The notes: generated from the sequence alone by a model not told the origin. DNA of 64,000 bases from an uncultured Gemmatimonadaceae bacterium (GCA_963790305.1 CAWBOC010000009.1:672001-736000); one strand, 5' to 3'. Counted from the first letter of the stretch, positions 22,912-33,788 are shown. Translations and numbers: made by a program.

Positions 22912-23922
22912 ATGGAGATGGAGCGGAACGCTGCCATTTCTGAGCGTATGGTGGAGGTTGCGGCGCGCGACCGGCTGATCCCTGCAGCTCGCCGAGTGAT
23001 GCGCACGAAGCATTTCAGCCGGCTGACGGAGGAGGCGTACGTCCGCTGGATCGTGCGGTACGTGCGCTTTCACGGAAGCCGGCATCCACGCACGTTAGGC
23101 GAGCGAGAGGTGCGGGAGTTCCTGTCGCATCTCGCCGCGGACCAGAACGTGGCGGCGAGCACGCAGAGCCAGGCGTTGGCGGCGCTTCTGTTTCTCTACG
23201 TCGAGGTGTTGCGCGATCCGGTGCCCTGGATCGCCGACGTGATTCGGGCGCGGCGTCCGCAGCGCCTGCCAGTGGTGATGACGCGCGAGGAAGTGCGTGG
23301 CGTGCTGGGGAAGATGACCGGTGCGCCGCGCCTGGTCGCGACGCTGCTCTACGGGTCGGGGCTGCGGCTGATGGAGGCGCTACAGCTGCGGGTGAAGGAC
23401 ATCGATTTCGGGATGAGTCAGATCACCGTGCGCGGTGGCAAGGGTGATCGGGACCGGGTAACGATGCTGCCGGCGGCGGTGCGGGCGGGACTCGAGCGCC
23501 ATCTGATCCGGGTGAAGGCGCTGCATGTGCGTGACCTCGCGGCGGGTGCTGGCCGTACGCTTCTTCCTCACGCGTTGGCGTCGAAGTATCCGAACGCGGT
23601 TTCGGAGCTGGGGTGGCAGTGGGTATTCCCTGCGCAGCGAATCGCGGTGGATCCGCGGACGAAGGTGCGCTACCGTCATCATTTACATGAGACGGTGGTG
23701 CAGCGGGAGATGCGGGAGGCGGTGAAGGCGGCGGGTCTAACGAAGCGAGCGACGTGTCACACGTTCCGGCACTCGTTTGCGACGCATTTATTGGAGGATG
23801 GGCACGACATTCGGACAGTGCAGGAGTTGTTGGGTCATCGGAGCGTTGCGACGACGATGATCTACACGCATGTCTTGAATCGTGGGGGGTTGGGAGTGAA
23901 GAGCCCGGCGGATCGGTTGTGA
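22912..23922 (+). CDS. intI: Integron integrase (IntI-family tyrosine recombinase)
   Basis: [24 protein letters not shown]...QELLGH...TMIYTHV, and the integron-specific insertion [19 protein letters not shown]...RHHLHE; RBS AGGAGG. Confidence 0.96.
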   Translation: MEMERNAAISERMVEVAARDRLIPAARRVMRTKHFSRLTEEAYVRWIVRYVRFHGSRHPRTLGEREVREFLSHLAADQNVAASTQSQALAALLFLYVEVLRDPVPWIADVIRARRPQRLPVVMTREEVRGVLGKMTGAPRLVATLLYGSGLRLMEALQLRVKDIDFGMSQITVRGGKGDRDRVTMLPAAVRAGLERHLIRVKALHVRDLAAGAGRTLLPHALASKYPNAVSELGWQWVFPAQRIAVDPRTKVRYRHHLHETVVQREMREAVKAAGLTKRATCHTFRHSFATHLLEDGHDIRTVQELLGHRSVATTMIYTHVLNRGGLGVKSPADRL

Positions 23923-23944
23923 GGGGTTGGGTGAGGGGTGTTGC

Positions 23945-24143
23945 GGTCGAATCGGGCGGGCGGAATGGAATGCTACTTTTTCTGTTATTCCATCGCTGCA
24001 CGCCGCGTTAGCGGGTGCAATACTTTGGTACGCAGGGGATAGGGTGGTTGCTGCGTTGCCGCTTACGATTGGGTGTTCCGTACTGAGGACAGCGGCGTCC
24101 GCTTCGTTTGTCTCGAAAACTTGCTGCAGAATAGGCGTTATGC
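23945..24143 (+). promoter_or_regulatory. attI region (crossover G/TTATGC at 24137), possibly with cassette promoter
   Basis: Non-attC sequence ending in gttatgccg, complementary to cggcataac closing cassette 1; region recurs at 34903-35100. Confidence 0.75.
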
Positions 24144-24173
24144 CGACAACGGGCCTTTTCACTAAATTGGCTC

Positions 24174-24605
24174 GTGCTCTTCACAATCACGCATCACGGC
24201 GTGCCCATCGGCACCGTTGAGCTCACGCGCGCGGACACTTCCGCTGCAGAGCAGATCGCGTGTGGCGTGTTCCCGCTTCCGGGCTACGCGCCCATCAGCC
24301 CGATCGTGCGCGCAGCAAGTGAGGCGTTACGCAATCTTCTGCCCGCCGGGCCGCCCGCCGATCGCGGGACCGAGCTCGCCGCCGAGCGCGCATTGGGACG
24401 CGGCGCAGAGTTGGGACGCGAGCTCGAGTTGCGTGACGCAACCGGGCTTCTCGTTCCAACGGATTTCATCGAGCTCAGTGAATCGGCGAGGTGGAATCCG
24501 GAGGTCGCCGCGCTCATGAGGTTTAGGCTCTCACACGCCGCGGTACCAGCGCGTCTGCCGCCACGCGAGAGTGGTGGTTCCGATGCAGCGGCGCCTGCGG
24601 CATAA
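24174..24605 (+). CDS. Cassette hypothetical protein
   Basis: ORF fills cassette 1; stop lies in R'' (gcaTAAc). Confidence 0.7.
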   Translation: MLFTITHHGVPIGTVELTRADTSAAEQIACGVFPLPGYAPISPIVRAASEALRNLLPAGPPADRGTELAAERALGRGAELGRELELRDATGLLVPTDFIELSESARWNPEVAALMRFRLSHAAVPARLPPRESGGSDAAAPAA

Positions 24606-24732
24606 CTAGCTGTTGCAACTGGCAGGCGCGATGTCTATGGTAGCCATCGCGACTGCACCCCTTGAAGTGCAACGAAGGCGCGCTGTGCGCGCCTTCTGGA
24701 AGACCGCCTGCAGTTGAACGCAGGCGTTATGC
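24600..24732 (+). repeat. attC 1
   Basis: gcataac...caactg...cagttg...gttatgc imperfect palindrome. Confidence 0.9.
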
Positions 24733-24748
24733 CTCACAGGATGCTTCC

Positions 24749-25231
24749 GTGAGCTTTGATGTTTTCCTCCAACGGTTTGCGGGCGGCGAATCCGCCGAAG
24801 TGGATCGGCGTCCTGTCCGCGAAGTGCTCAGGTCAGCAAGGCATCGCGGGCCGGATACCTTCGGTTTCTACGTCGTGGCATTTCCTGATGGCGTTGAAGT
24901 GGAGTTCTCAGCAAAAGGTCTCGAATCCAAGGAGTCGTTCACGGGATGCGCGTTCCACTTTCGCGGCTTCGGTGATGCCCTGATGACATTCGTGTTCGAG
25001 GTCGCGCGGGCCGGTGACATGGTCATTATTCCGGCCATGGAAGGCAATCCGCTGGTGTTGCTTTCGGAAGAGCAGCAGACGAGATGTCCCAGCCGACCTT
25101 CGAGAGAAGTCTCACTTAATTGTCGTCCGCTCCGCTTCCGAACTGCGGTAGCGTCCTCCGCCGAGGATTGGAGGGCTGGTCCGCTTATCGCGATCAGGTT
25201 CTTCGACAGTCCAAGCCGGAGTGAGGCATAA
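24749..25231 (+). CDS. Cassette hypothetical protein (C-terminus possibly frameshifted)
   Basis: GTG start after attC1, MSFDVFLQRF...; stop in a gcaTAAc. Confidence 0.6.
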   Translation: MSFDVFLQRFAGGESAEVDRRPVREVLRSARHRGPDTFGFYVVAFPDGVEVEFSAKGLESKESFTGCAFHFRGFGDALMTFVFEVARAGDMVIIPAMEGNPLVLLSEEQQTRCPSRPSREVSLNCRPLRFRTAVASSAEDWRAGPLIAIRFFDSPSRSEA

Positions 25232-25273
25232 CCGACGCCTGAGCGTCGTTGACTCAAGATCGCGGCCCGTGAG

Positions 25274-25408
25274 GCATAACTAGCAACTGCACCTGTCAGG
25301 CGCGACATTCAAGGAAGCCATCGCAGTTCGTGTGCTTCAAGTGCAACGGCAAAGCGCGCTGTCGCGCGCTTTTGAGCAAGCCGCCTGCAGGTGAGCGCAG
25401 CGTTCTGC
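25274..25408 (+). repeat. attC 2
   Basis: gcataac...cacctg...caggtg...gttctgc. Confidence 0.9.
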
Positions 25409-25421
25409 CGACGACGAACTC

Positions 25422-26216
25422 TTGAGGTCAATTCCGCTTTCAGTACCTCACCCTGGTGTGGTCGAGGACATGGATCTCACGCCAGAGGGCGCTGCCGTCG
25501 CGGTGGTCCGAGTCGGTGACGCGCTCCGCGTCGTGATGCCCGATTGGGACCTGGGCAGCCCGGCTCCCGTAAGGTTCCCCCGCGTTCGCGCGCTCAACCG
25601 TGACCGAGTTCTGCTAGTGGAGACACGGACAGAAAATGATGCCCCGAATGCCTGGATTCTCGACCGGCCCCGTGGCGTCATCGCCCATTTCCTGATGGGC
25701 GATGCCATCGCCGACATTGTCGTCAGCCCACCCTTCATTGCAGTCACCTACTTTGATGAGGCGTACGGCTCCGCCGGACCTGCCGGCGAAGGCGCGTCGT
25801 TCTTCGATTTTGACGGCCATTTCGTCTGGGGCTACCGCGCTCAGTTTGGCCACGAGGCGGTCGATATGATGGACGTCTATGCCGCCTGCGCCGACGAGAC
25901 CGGGTGCCTCTGGTTTTACCCGTACACCGATTTCCCACTCGTGCGACTCGACATTCACGCGCGTGAGCAGCAGATCTTTGAGCCACCAGAGACGTTGCGT
26001 GGCGCTCACGCGCTGAGCATCCGTAACGGTACCGCATACTTCATCGGGCCATACGAGCGCCATGGGGTGGTCTTTGAATGGCCACTAAAAGCACGCGAAG
26101 CACGGCGTCTTTGCACGCTAGAGGCCAGGGTTCGTGGGCTTCCCGGTGGACGGTTCCTCGCCGCCATTGATGGGACGTGGTCCGTCGTTGACGATCTCGC
26201 AGCGAGAGGGGAATAA
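25422..26216 (+). CDS. Cassette hypothetical protein (beta-rich)
   Basis: 264-aa ORF filling the cassette; start uncertain. Confidence 0.7.
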   Translation: MRSIPLSVPHPGVVEDMDLTPEGAAVAVVRVGDALRVVMPDWDLGSPAPVRFPRVRALNRDRVLLVETRTENDAPNAWILDRPRGVIAHFLMGDAIADIVVSPPFIAVTYFDEAYGSAGPAGEGASFFDFDGHFVWGYRAQFGHEAVDMMDVYAACADETGCLWFYPYTDFPLVRLDIHAREQQIFEPPETLRGAHALSIRNGTAYFIGPYERHGVVFEWPLKAREARRLCTLEARVRGLPGGRFLAAIDGTWSVVDDLAARGE

Positions 26217-26264
26217 CATCGCGTCCGAGGTCTGTGCTCGGCCCTTGCAGACCGCGTACCCGCG

Positions 26265-26395
26265 GCAGAACTAACAGCTGCAACTGTCAGGCGCAATGTC
26301 CAAGGAAGCCATCGCAGTTCGGCCCCTTGAAGTGCAAACCCCACGGCGCGCTAACGCCGCCTTGAGACGCCGCGCAGGTGAACGTAGCGTTCTGC
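26265..26395 (+). repeat. attC 3
   Basis: gcagaac...gttctgc, family-conserved interior. Confidence 0.88.
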
Positions 26396-26468
26396 GGACG
26401 ACAGAGTTCCGAGTGACCGAGAGCGTCTTGGCCCGAGTCTCTGGATATGCCCCGACAGTGACCTCGTC

Positions 26469-26828
26469 ATGCCGAGTTCCTCAAACCTTGCCCAACGCGC
26501 TGCCCTTACGGTGGTGGCCGCACTCGCAGTCACTGTTACTCTTCCGTCGCCCGCACACGCACAGCGCGTTGACAGCGTGACGGTGGCACCGGTGCGGTCA
26601 CCGACGATCCAGATCAGGATCCGCGGCAAGGCGCCCACGGATTCCGTCCACATAGACCCCGCAGATATCGAGATCATTGAGATCCTGAAGTCAGATCTCC
26701 CCGCCCGTTACAGCCCGTGGCGGGGATGCGGTCCGATCATTGTGAGGGTGCCGCCCCGTCGGTGGACGCTCGAGTCACTGTTGCGGCTCCAACCGGACAT
26801 TCCGCATCACGACCCGCCGCAGAACTAA
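26469..26828 (+). CDS. Cassette hypothetical secreted protein
   Basis: Signal-peptide-like N-terminus (AHA); stop just after R''. Confidence 0.5.
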   Translation: MPSSSNLAQRAALTVVAALAVTVTLPSPAHAQRVDSVTVAPVRSPTIQIRIRGKAPTDSVHIDPADIEIIEILKSDLPARYSPWRGCGPIIVRVPPRRWTLESLLRLQPDIPHHDPPQN

Positions 26829-26956
26829 CCGTTGCAACTGTCAGGCGCGACCGTTAGGGTAGCCATCGCAGTTCGTGTGCTTCAAGTGCAACTGCAAAGC
26901 GCGCTGTCGCGCGCTTTCAAGAACACCGCCTGCAGTTGAACGGTATAGCGTTCTGC
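26819..26956 (+). repeat. attC 4
   Basis: gcagaac...gttctgc. Confidence 0.9.
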
Positions 26957-27000
26957 CGAGCACAGGCTCTGTAGCGAAGCGACCCTACATCACCTCTGCT

Positions 27001-27323
27001 ATGACGCGCGTAGAGCAGGAACAAGTCGAGGTATATTCGCGCGATACGAACGCATGGATCGTCCGAACGCCCGGGCGACAGTACCCAGCGCTCGTCGTGC
27101 AGGGCGACTCGTTCGAATACCTTCGTCGCGCTCGCGCAGTCGATTGTTAAGCGGGCTCGAACGTGCGGGTGTGCCGACGATGAACTGGTGGAAGAGAGCC
27201 GAAGAGCTACGCGACCTTCTCTCAGCTCGCCTCTCTCACTATACGACCGCGCTCGGGCAGTACGGCTTCGATGTGCCGTTCGGGCAGCGATACGCATCCA
27301 ACGTAGCGCGTGGTCACCGATAG
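27001..27323 (+). CDS. Cassette small protein (DUF6959-like), frameshifted
   Basis: VEVYSRDTNAWIVRTPGRQYPALVVQGDS, then EELRDLLSARLSHYTTALGQYGFDVPF in another frame. Confidence 0.5.
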
Positions 27324-27334
27324 CGTTCCCGCCG

Positions 27335-27471
27335 GCAGAACTAACCGTTGCACCTGTCAGGCGCGACGGTTAGGGTAGCCATTGCAGTTCGAGCGCCTTG
27401 AAGTGCAACTGCAAAGCGCGCTGTCGCGCGCTTGCAAGAAGACCGCCTGCAGGTGAACGTAAGCGTTATGC
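27335..27471 (+). repeat. attC 5
   Basis: gcagaac...gttatgc. Confidence 0.9.
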
Positions 27472-27490
27472 GACACCCACCTCTCGACTA

Positions 27491-27997
27491 ATGCCACGTT
27501 TGTTCATCGCGCTGGCCACCTTCATTGCAGTAGCCGCCTGCGCGCCACCTGCAACGATTACGGACGCCCCGCGCACCATTCCTTTCCGAGCCGCGCTCGA
27601 GCCGCCTTTCTCCGACTCGGCGCTATTGAGCGGCGAGGTGACCATCCTTCCCGATCGGCTCGAAATCGTTCTGCATCGTCTCGATTACGTGATCCGAAAT
27701 CGGACTGGCACCCGCCCCCCAGACTCCCTTAAAGTCGCTTTGGCGACGGGCGTCCAGCATGCGCGCTGGGATCGTGAAGCGGAAAGTGCGGCCGTCCCGT
27801 TCCTCGACGCATTCCGGGCAATCAGCGACGCGCGCTCACCAGTGCGCTTCGTTATCGCGCGACCGGCCGGGCGCACGCTCGGTCGACGCTGGCTCAGCTT
27901 CCTTTTCACTCTGCACCATCCAGCTCGCGAGGGAGAACCAGCACTCGACGGCTATTATTTTGCGCATACGGATGCTCGGCTCTTCGAGGCTCCATGA
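27491..27997 (+). CDS. Cassette hypothetical lipoprotein
   Basis: MPRLFIALATFIAVAAC lipobox. Confidence 0.65.
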   Translation: MPRLFIALATFIAVAACAPPATITDAPRTIPFRAALEPPFSDSALLSGEVTILPDRLEIVLHRLDYVIRNRTGTRPPDSLKVALATGVQHARWDREAESAAVPFLDAFRAISDARSPVRFVIARPAGRTLGRRWLSFLFTLHHPAREGEPALDGYYFAHTDARLFEAP

Positions 27998-28023
27998 CCG
28001 CCCGACGGCCCTCAGCGCGTGTC

Positions 28024-28158
28024 GCATAACTAGCTGTTGCACCTGTCAGGCGCGATGTCTAAGGTAGTCATCGCGTTTGATCTCCTTGAAGTGCAACTGC
28101 GAAGGCGGGCGTTGCCCGCCTTCTGGACGATCGCCTGCAGGTGAACGCAGCGTTATAC
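28024..28158 (+). repeat. attC 6
   Basis: gcataac...gttatac. Confidence 0.9.
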
Positions 28159-28172
28159 AGCACGGACATTTC

Positions 28173-28598
28173 GATGAAGTAGGCGAGACTCGCTCCGCGC
28201 TTCGTTGATCGCCACTGTCTCCTCTTGGCAGCCTGCGCCAACGCCGATGGCGATCGGTTCGCGCGCACGTTCATTACGCGTCTGGCCGCTGGCGACTGCG
28301 CAGCCTTCTCGCATGTCAGCCGGCAGTGAAGTGAGTCGACGCGGTTGGGCCTCGATCGCCGCGATGGGGGAGTCGATTACACCGGGCGAGCTGCGGAGTC
28401 TCCATTTGATCGACGAAGAACACGGCGTCGATTCTCAGGGCGCGTACCGCAGACTGATCTACGAGTTTGCCCGCGTGGGCGGGACGGCTCACGTTGAGCT
28501 ATGGCTCATCGATCACATGGGCAGACATATATCAACACAGTACGCATCCGTCGGCTCCGCAGCGCCGGCGCCGAGAGTTCGAACGTCTCGATGCGGCT
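28173..28598 (+). pseudogene. Broken cassette gene (lipoprotein-like fragments)
   Basis: CLLLAACANADGDRFARTF in one frame, GAYRRLIYEFAR...VELWL in another; no clean ORF. Confidence 0.35.
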
Positions 28599-28734
28599 GT
28601 ATAACTAGCTGTTGCACCTGTCGAGCGCGATGTTTAAGGAAGCCATCACGTTTGAACCCCTTCCGGCGCGTTGCCGCGGGTGAGCGCCCTGCCTTTCGGG
28701 GCAGATCGCTCTGCAGGTGAACGCAGCGTTCTGC
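28599..28734 (+). repeat. attC 7
   Basis: gtataac...gttctgc. Confidence 0.88.
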
Positions 28735-28771
28735 GGCTACCAACTCTGGACTCGGCGTATGCTTGCATCGC

Positions 28772-29056
28772 ATGAAGTTCCACTCGCCCCGCCCTAACTT
28801 CATCAAGACCGACGCTGGCTTCAGCGTTGAGGTCTTGGGCCGGACCGGCCTTCGCTATCGGGAAGGACTCCGGAGCGTTTTCGTCGACTCAGAGATTCTC
28901 GCCGGTCCAGCCGGAATCGCAGTATTTCAGAAGTCGATTAGGCGGTGGGGGTTTCCATTCTCTCTGTGGCGCATCGGTCCGGCGCGCCGGACAAAGATCC
29001 TGGAGAACATTCGGGCCGCTTTTCAGTCGGAAGGCATCAACGTCGATGTCGGATAG
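28772..29056 (+). CDS. Cassette small protein, possibly immunity-protein-like (Imm74-like, unverified)
   Basis: GFSVEVLGRTGLRYREG...VDSEIL...SIRRW...ILENIRAAF pattern recalled from such proteins. Confidence 0.5.
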   Translation: MKFHSPRPNFIKTDAGFSVEVLGRTGLRYREGLRSVFVDSEILAGPAGIAVFQKSIRRWGFPFSLWRIGPARRTKILENIRAAFQSEGINVDVG

Positions 29057-29087
29057 CAGCGCACAGCCCTCAGCATCGCGACCAGCC

Positions 29088-29225
29088 GCAGAACTAACCG
29101 CTGCAACTGTCAGGCGCGATGTCTAGGGTAGCCATCGCAGTTCATCTCCTTCAAGTTCAACGGCAAGGCGCGCATACGCGCGCCTTTAAGAGCGCCGCCT
29201 GCAGTTGAGCGGTATAGCGTTCTGC
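29088..29225 (+). repeat. attC 8
   Basis: gcagaac...gttctgc. Confidence 0.9.
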
Positions 29226-29247
29226 GGACGAAGGGACCCTATGCGTG

Positions 29248-29689
29248 TTACTCGTCGCGGGTCCGAAAGAAGGCAAGGACATACCCGTCGGCATCACTAA
29301 CCTCGAAGCCCCAGAGGCCATCGTCGATGAACGACAGTTCCTTCACGAACGAGGCACCCCGCTGCTTGAACTCCTCGAACAGAGCGTCGGGGTCAAGGGT
29401 ATAGATGTAGGCATCCCAGCGAGCCCATTCGTGCCGGAGGTGGTTGGGACAGGGAAGCACGTCGGGACATGATGGTCTTCAGCATGATGCCGATCCCGTC
29501 CCGGCTCACGTGGCCGTAGTACACGTCGTCGGGCGGACCCTGGAAGTCCAGCTGGAAGCCGAAGCGCTCGATGTAGTGGGCGATCGAGGCCTGCAGGTCC
29601 TTCACGATGAAGAACGGACTGATTGAAGCGAGGTTTCCCCTCGCTCCTTCCGGATTTGCGCGTTGTGAATCGCTCCTGGTTGAGCTCAT
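29248..29689 (-). CDS. VOC/glyoxalase-family protein, reverse-oriented in cassette, +1 frameshift near 29465
   Basis: ISPFFIVKDLQASIAHYIERFGF ... FEVSDADGYVLAF; span 3n+1. Confidence 0.75.
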
Positions 29690-29946
29690 GGCTGGCACTC
29701 CTGACATTCTGAACGGCAATGTGGGCTGGGGAAACGTGCACGATCCTGGATAGGATCGTATCCGACGTCGTAGCATCTCACAGTGGCTTGATCCAGAGGA
29801 ATGCTCAACCGCCGATCCCGTACTGCTCGAGTGGGCGCTCACCGACGATGAGGCGCTAGCTCAAGAGAGCCGATCGAGTGATCTCGGCGCTAGCCCAGCT
29901 CAAGGGCCGCGACTAGCGACGTCAACTCGAGCTCCACGAAGCCGCC

Positions 29947-30080
29947 GCAGAACTAGCAAATGCAACTGGCACGCGGGATGTCCAAGGAAGTCATCGCAGT
30001 TCGGTGCCTTTGAGTGCAACACCAGGCGCGCTGTCGCGCGCCTTTGAGTCGACCGCGTGCAGTTGAGCGCGGCGTTCTGC
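29947..30080 (+). repeat. attC 9
   Basis: gcagaac...cacgcgg/ccgcgtg compensatory stem...gttctgc. Confidence 0.88.
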
Positions 30081-30309
30081 CGACGCGCAGCCGTCTGTTC
30101 CGCGAACTCCGCTTCAAAGCGATGCTCCGCGAGTGAAGCTTTGTGAATGCGGGTTCGAGCTTATCACGCGACGGTCACGTACGGCTGGGATCGGATCGCT
30201 ACGAAGGGCGCGAGTCCGAACGCGCTTCGCAGCAATACATTGGCGATCGCGCGCAGTGGCGAGTTGGTGGCGCGGGTCGGCGGCGTGGCCAGGAAGGGCG
30301 CGGCAGAAC
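30074..30309 (+). other. ORF-less cassette, family member 1
   Basis: No credible ORF; termini shared with cassettes at 36290, 37192 and 39517. Confidence 0.75.
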
Positions 30310-30436
30310 CGTAGCACCTGCCGAGCGCGAGTGTTAAGGTAGCCATCACATTTAACCGCCGTCGCACTCGCTGCGACGCGAAGCAACCTGCCCCTTCGGG
30401 GCAGATCGCTCGCAGGTGAACGGTATAGCGTTCTGC
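30303..30436 (+). repeat. attC 10 (subtype B; 4-bp deletion after R'')
   Basis: gcagaaccgtagcacctg versus gcagaactaaccgtagcacctg in attC 18. Confidence 0.8.
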
Positions 30437-30513
30437 CGACAGCAGGGCTTCATGCTAGATTAAGGCAGTGCAGGCGCAGTTCGATCCCGACGAGCCTATC
30501 GCTCCGAACCAGC

Positions 30514-30720
30514 ATGCATCTCACTCTCGAAGTCGACCGCGAAGAGGATGGCCGGTGGATCGCCGAGGTTCCCGATCTCAAAGGCGTCTTCGCCTACGGG
30601 GCATCGCGCGACGAAGCGATCGCCCACGCCCAAGCGCTCGCCCTCCGCGTCCTCGCCGATCGCCTCGAGCACGGCGAGGCCGGGCCCGATCTGGTCAGCG
30701 TTTCCTTCCGCGCCGCCTAG
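30514..30720 (+). CDS. hicB: HicB-family antitoxin
   Basis: EVDREEDGRWIAEVPDLKGVFAYGASRDEAIA. Confidence 0.85.
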   Translation: MHLTLEVDREEDGRWIAEVPDLKGVFAYGASRDEAIAHAQALALRVLADRLEHGEAGPDLVSVSFRAA

Positions 30721-30744
30721 CTCCTTCCATAACGGGCTTCGTTC

Positions 30745-30958
30745 GTGGCCGCCTGGCCTTCGACCCGCGCCCGGGCGTGTGCTCGCCGCGCTCCTCCGCA
30801 TTGGCTGGCGCATCAAGCGCGAAACCGGTTCCCATAAAACCCTCGCGCGCGACGGATGGCCGGACTACGTGTTCGCGTTCCACGAGGGCGACGAGATCGG
30901 GCCGAGGATGCTCTCACGCATCGCCAAGCACACGGGGCTCAAGCCTGAAGATCTCTGA
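30745..30958 (+). CDS. hicA: HicA-family toxin, +1 frameshift near 30772
   Basis: MAAWPSTRAR / RVLAALLRIGWRIKRETGSHKTL...FHEGDEIGPRMLSRIAKHTGL; span 3n+1. Confidence 0.8.
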
Positions 30959-30965
30959 CCCTGCG

Positions 30966-31103
30966 GCAGAACTACCCGTTGCAACTGTCAGGCGCGATTG
31001 TTAGGGTAGCCATCGCAGTTCGCCTCCTTGAAGGGCAACTGCGAAGGCGCGCTGTGCGCGCCTTCGGAAATGCCGCCTGCAGTTGAACGGGATCGCGTTC
31101 TGC
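30966..31103 (+). repeat. attC 11
   Basis: gcagaac...gttctgc. Confidence 0.9.
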
Positions 31104-31156
31104 AGCCACGTCCCACAACGATAGGTCAGATTTCGCGCTGCCTCACACGACACGAC

Positions 31157-31570
31157 ATGCCCACATCTTCGCAGGGTGACCTTGCGCGAATCGAGGCGCT
31201 CCACGAAGCCGACATGCGCGCGTCGAGGGACGGGGACTATCAGACGCTCCGATCGATAATGTCGGATGATGCCGTGGTGCTACCGCCGGGCGGTCGCCTC
31301 ATTCGTGGCCGCGAAGCGCTCGATCGGAGTTTCGCCGCGATGAGCGCGACGGAGGCACCGACGGAAGTACTTGAGTATCGCTTCGACTGGCAGGAGATCC
31401 GCGTCCTCGGCGACTACGCGTTCGAGTGGGGCTACATTCACGGCAAAGAGCGCCACAAGACCAGCGGAGCGATCAGCTCGGAACTGTACCAGGTCATGCG
31501 CATCCTGCAGCGGCAGCCCGACGGTGCGTGGAAAGTTCACCGAACAATCTGGAACGAGCCAGCGAAGTAG
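31157..31570 (+). CDS. NTF2-like DUF4440 protein
   Basis: DDAVVLPPGG..IRGREA, GDYAFEWG, RILQRQPDGAWKV. Confidence 0.8.
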   Translation: MPTSSQGDLARIEALHEADMRASRDGDYQTLRSIMSDDAVVLPPGGRLIRGREALDRSFAAMSATEAPTEVLEYRFDWQEIRVLGDYAFEWGYIHGKERHKTSGAISSELYQVMRILQRQPDGAWKVHRTIWNEPAK

Positions 31571-31621
31571 CCTCCGGCACTCAGCGTCACGTATTTTCCC
31601 AAGAGGTTGGGCACGCCGGCT

Positions 31622-31756
31622 GCAGAACTAGCTGTTGCACCTGTCAAGCGCGATGTTTAAGGAAGTCATCACCTTTGAACCCCTTGAAGTGCAACTGCGA
31701 AGGCGAGCTTTGCTCGCCTTCTGAGAAGCCGCCTGCAGGTGAACGCAGCGTTATGC
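31622..31756 (+). repeat. attC 12
   Basis: gcagaac...gttatgc. Confidence 0.9.
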
Positions 31757-31783
31757 GGGCACGTCACTTCTGACGGAATCGAC

Positions 31784-32041
31784 ATGAGCAGATTCTGGCA
31801 ATACGTCGCCCTGGCTTTCGCGGTCGCCGCGCTTCTGGCATCCGTCTACTTCGGCATCGCCGCCGGCCGATTCCTCAACCCCACCCGCAGTGCTGCTGGT
31901 AAGTCGACGGCCTTCTTTTTTACGCGGAAGATGCCCCAGGATTTCATCGCGCCGGGCTATCGACTTTACACGCGCCACGTGGCCGCACTGGCTGTGGCAG
32001 TTGGTTTCCTGCTTGTGGCCGCCATTATTGGCCGCACGTGA
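31784..32041 (+). CDS. Small two-TM membrane protein (paralog of 52971-53228)
   Basis: FWQYVALA...FFTRK...GYRLYTRHVAALA shared with the distal copy. Confidence 0.75.
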   Translation: MSRFWQYVALAFAVAALLASVYFGIAAGRFLNPTRSAAGKSTAFFFTRKMPQDFIAPGYRLYTRHVAALAVAVGFLLVAAIIGRT

Positions 32042-32111
32042 GCTCAATCCCGGTGGTCTCGCGGGCAAGGGTCGCGCGCAAGACACCCGCCGTAAGAATC
32101 GTCCAGCGCCC

Positions 32112-32247
32112 GCATAACTAGCGCTTGCAACCGGCAGGCGCGACGGTTAAGGAAGCCATCGCAGTTCGGTGCCTTCAAGTGCAACAGCAGGCGCGCGTCC
32201 GCGCGCCTTTGAGTTGACCGCCTACAGTTGAATGGCGGGCGTTATGC
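32112..32247 (+). repeat. attC 13
   Basis: gcataac...gttatgc. Confidence 0.88.
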
Positions 32248-32274
32248 GGATGCCAAGCTTGTGCGCATGGTTAG

Positions 32275-32815
<541 letters not shown>

Positions 32816-32821
<6 letters not shown>

Positions 32822-32950
32822 CTAGCTGTTGCACCTGGCAGGCGCGATGTTCAGGGGAAGCCATCACGTTCGAACCCTTCAAGTGCAACTGCGCAGGCGG
32901 GCGTTGCGCGCCTTCTGGAAGATCGCCTGCAGGTGAACGCAGCGTTCTGC
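32816..32950 (+). repeat. attC 14
   Basis: gcataac...gttctgc. Confidence 0.9.
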
Positions 32951-33110
32951 GGACCGCGAGCATCGTTCGTAGGACGACGCTTCCGAATGTCCGGGATTCG
33001 ATCACGGACCACCTCGTACTAGAACACTCCACAGCGCTCAGCCGTTATCCGAATCGTTAATCGGTCGCTCACCGACCGGGTGCGTTTCTTCAAGCTTGCG
33101 GAGGCATGAT

Positions 33111-33578
33111 ATGACCACTCGAACTATTGCTACACTGCTGCTGCTGACCTGCGTTACAACCCACGCAAGCGCTCAGGCTGCGCGGCGGGACACCCTCGCA
33201 GAAGCACGCATCCGTGCCCTCGACAATGAAGAGCGCCTCGCGGCCCTCAACCAGGACTACACGGCGTTGGAGAGGCTTTGGTCCGAGCATTTTCTCGTCA
33301 ACGCGCCGTCCAACCGCATCTTGCCAAACCGGAACGCCGTTCTGGACTGGTTTCGCAAGGGAATGACGACGCGTTCATCCTACGACCGGAGGATCGAGCA
33401 CATCCGCGTTGATGGTGACATAGCAATTGTAATGGGCGAGGAGACAGTAACGCCGACCGCGAACGCGCCGCATGCGGGACAGGTGGTGCGTCGCCGGTTC
33501 ACCAACATTTGGAAGAAGGAAGGCGATACCTGGCGCCTATGGGCGCGCCACGCCAATGTGATCGCGGCACCGAATTAA
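33111..33578 (+). CDS. Secreted NTF2-like DUF4440 protein
   Basis: Signal peptide; DGDIAIVMGEE...RRFTNIWKKEGDTWRL. Confidence 0.8.
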   Translation: MTTRTIATLLLLTCVTTHASAQAARRDTLAEARIRALDNEERLAALNQDYTALERLWSEHFLVNAPSNRILPNRNAVLDWFRKGMTTRSSYDRRIEHIRVDGDIAIVMGEETVTPTANAPHAGQVVRRRFTNIWKKEGDTWRLWARHANVIAAPN

Positions 33579-33788
33579 CGAAGGAAAGGTCGCTCGGGGC
33601 ATGCCGAGGACGTCGAAGTCTATCCCGGTAACTCTCTACTTCTCGAGTTCATAGTGGGCCTTGAGCGGCTATGCGACTGGGTGGATAAGCGAGTCTCTAG
33701 TAACCCGCGCGAGAATCTTTAGGCGCGCTTCTCCGCGAGGTGCCTCACGCCCATCCCGTGCCGGAATAATCAGCATCGTTATGCCGCC

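Noticed and set aside
23945..24136. Specific Pc promoter or LexA box assignment
   Set aside because: Candidate hexamers (e.g. TTGCCG...TACTGA) have poor spacing, and the host LexA motif is unknown to me
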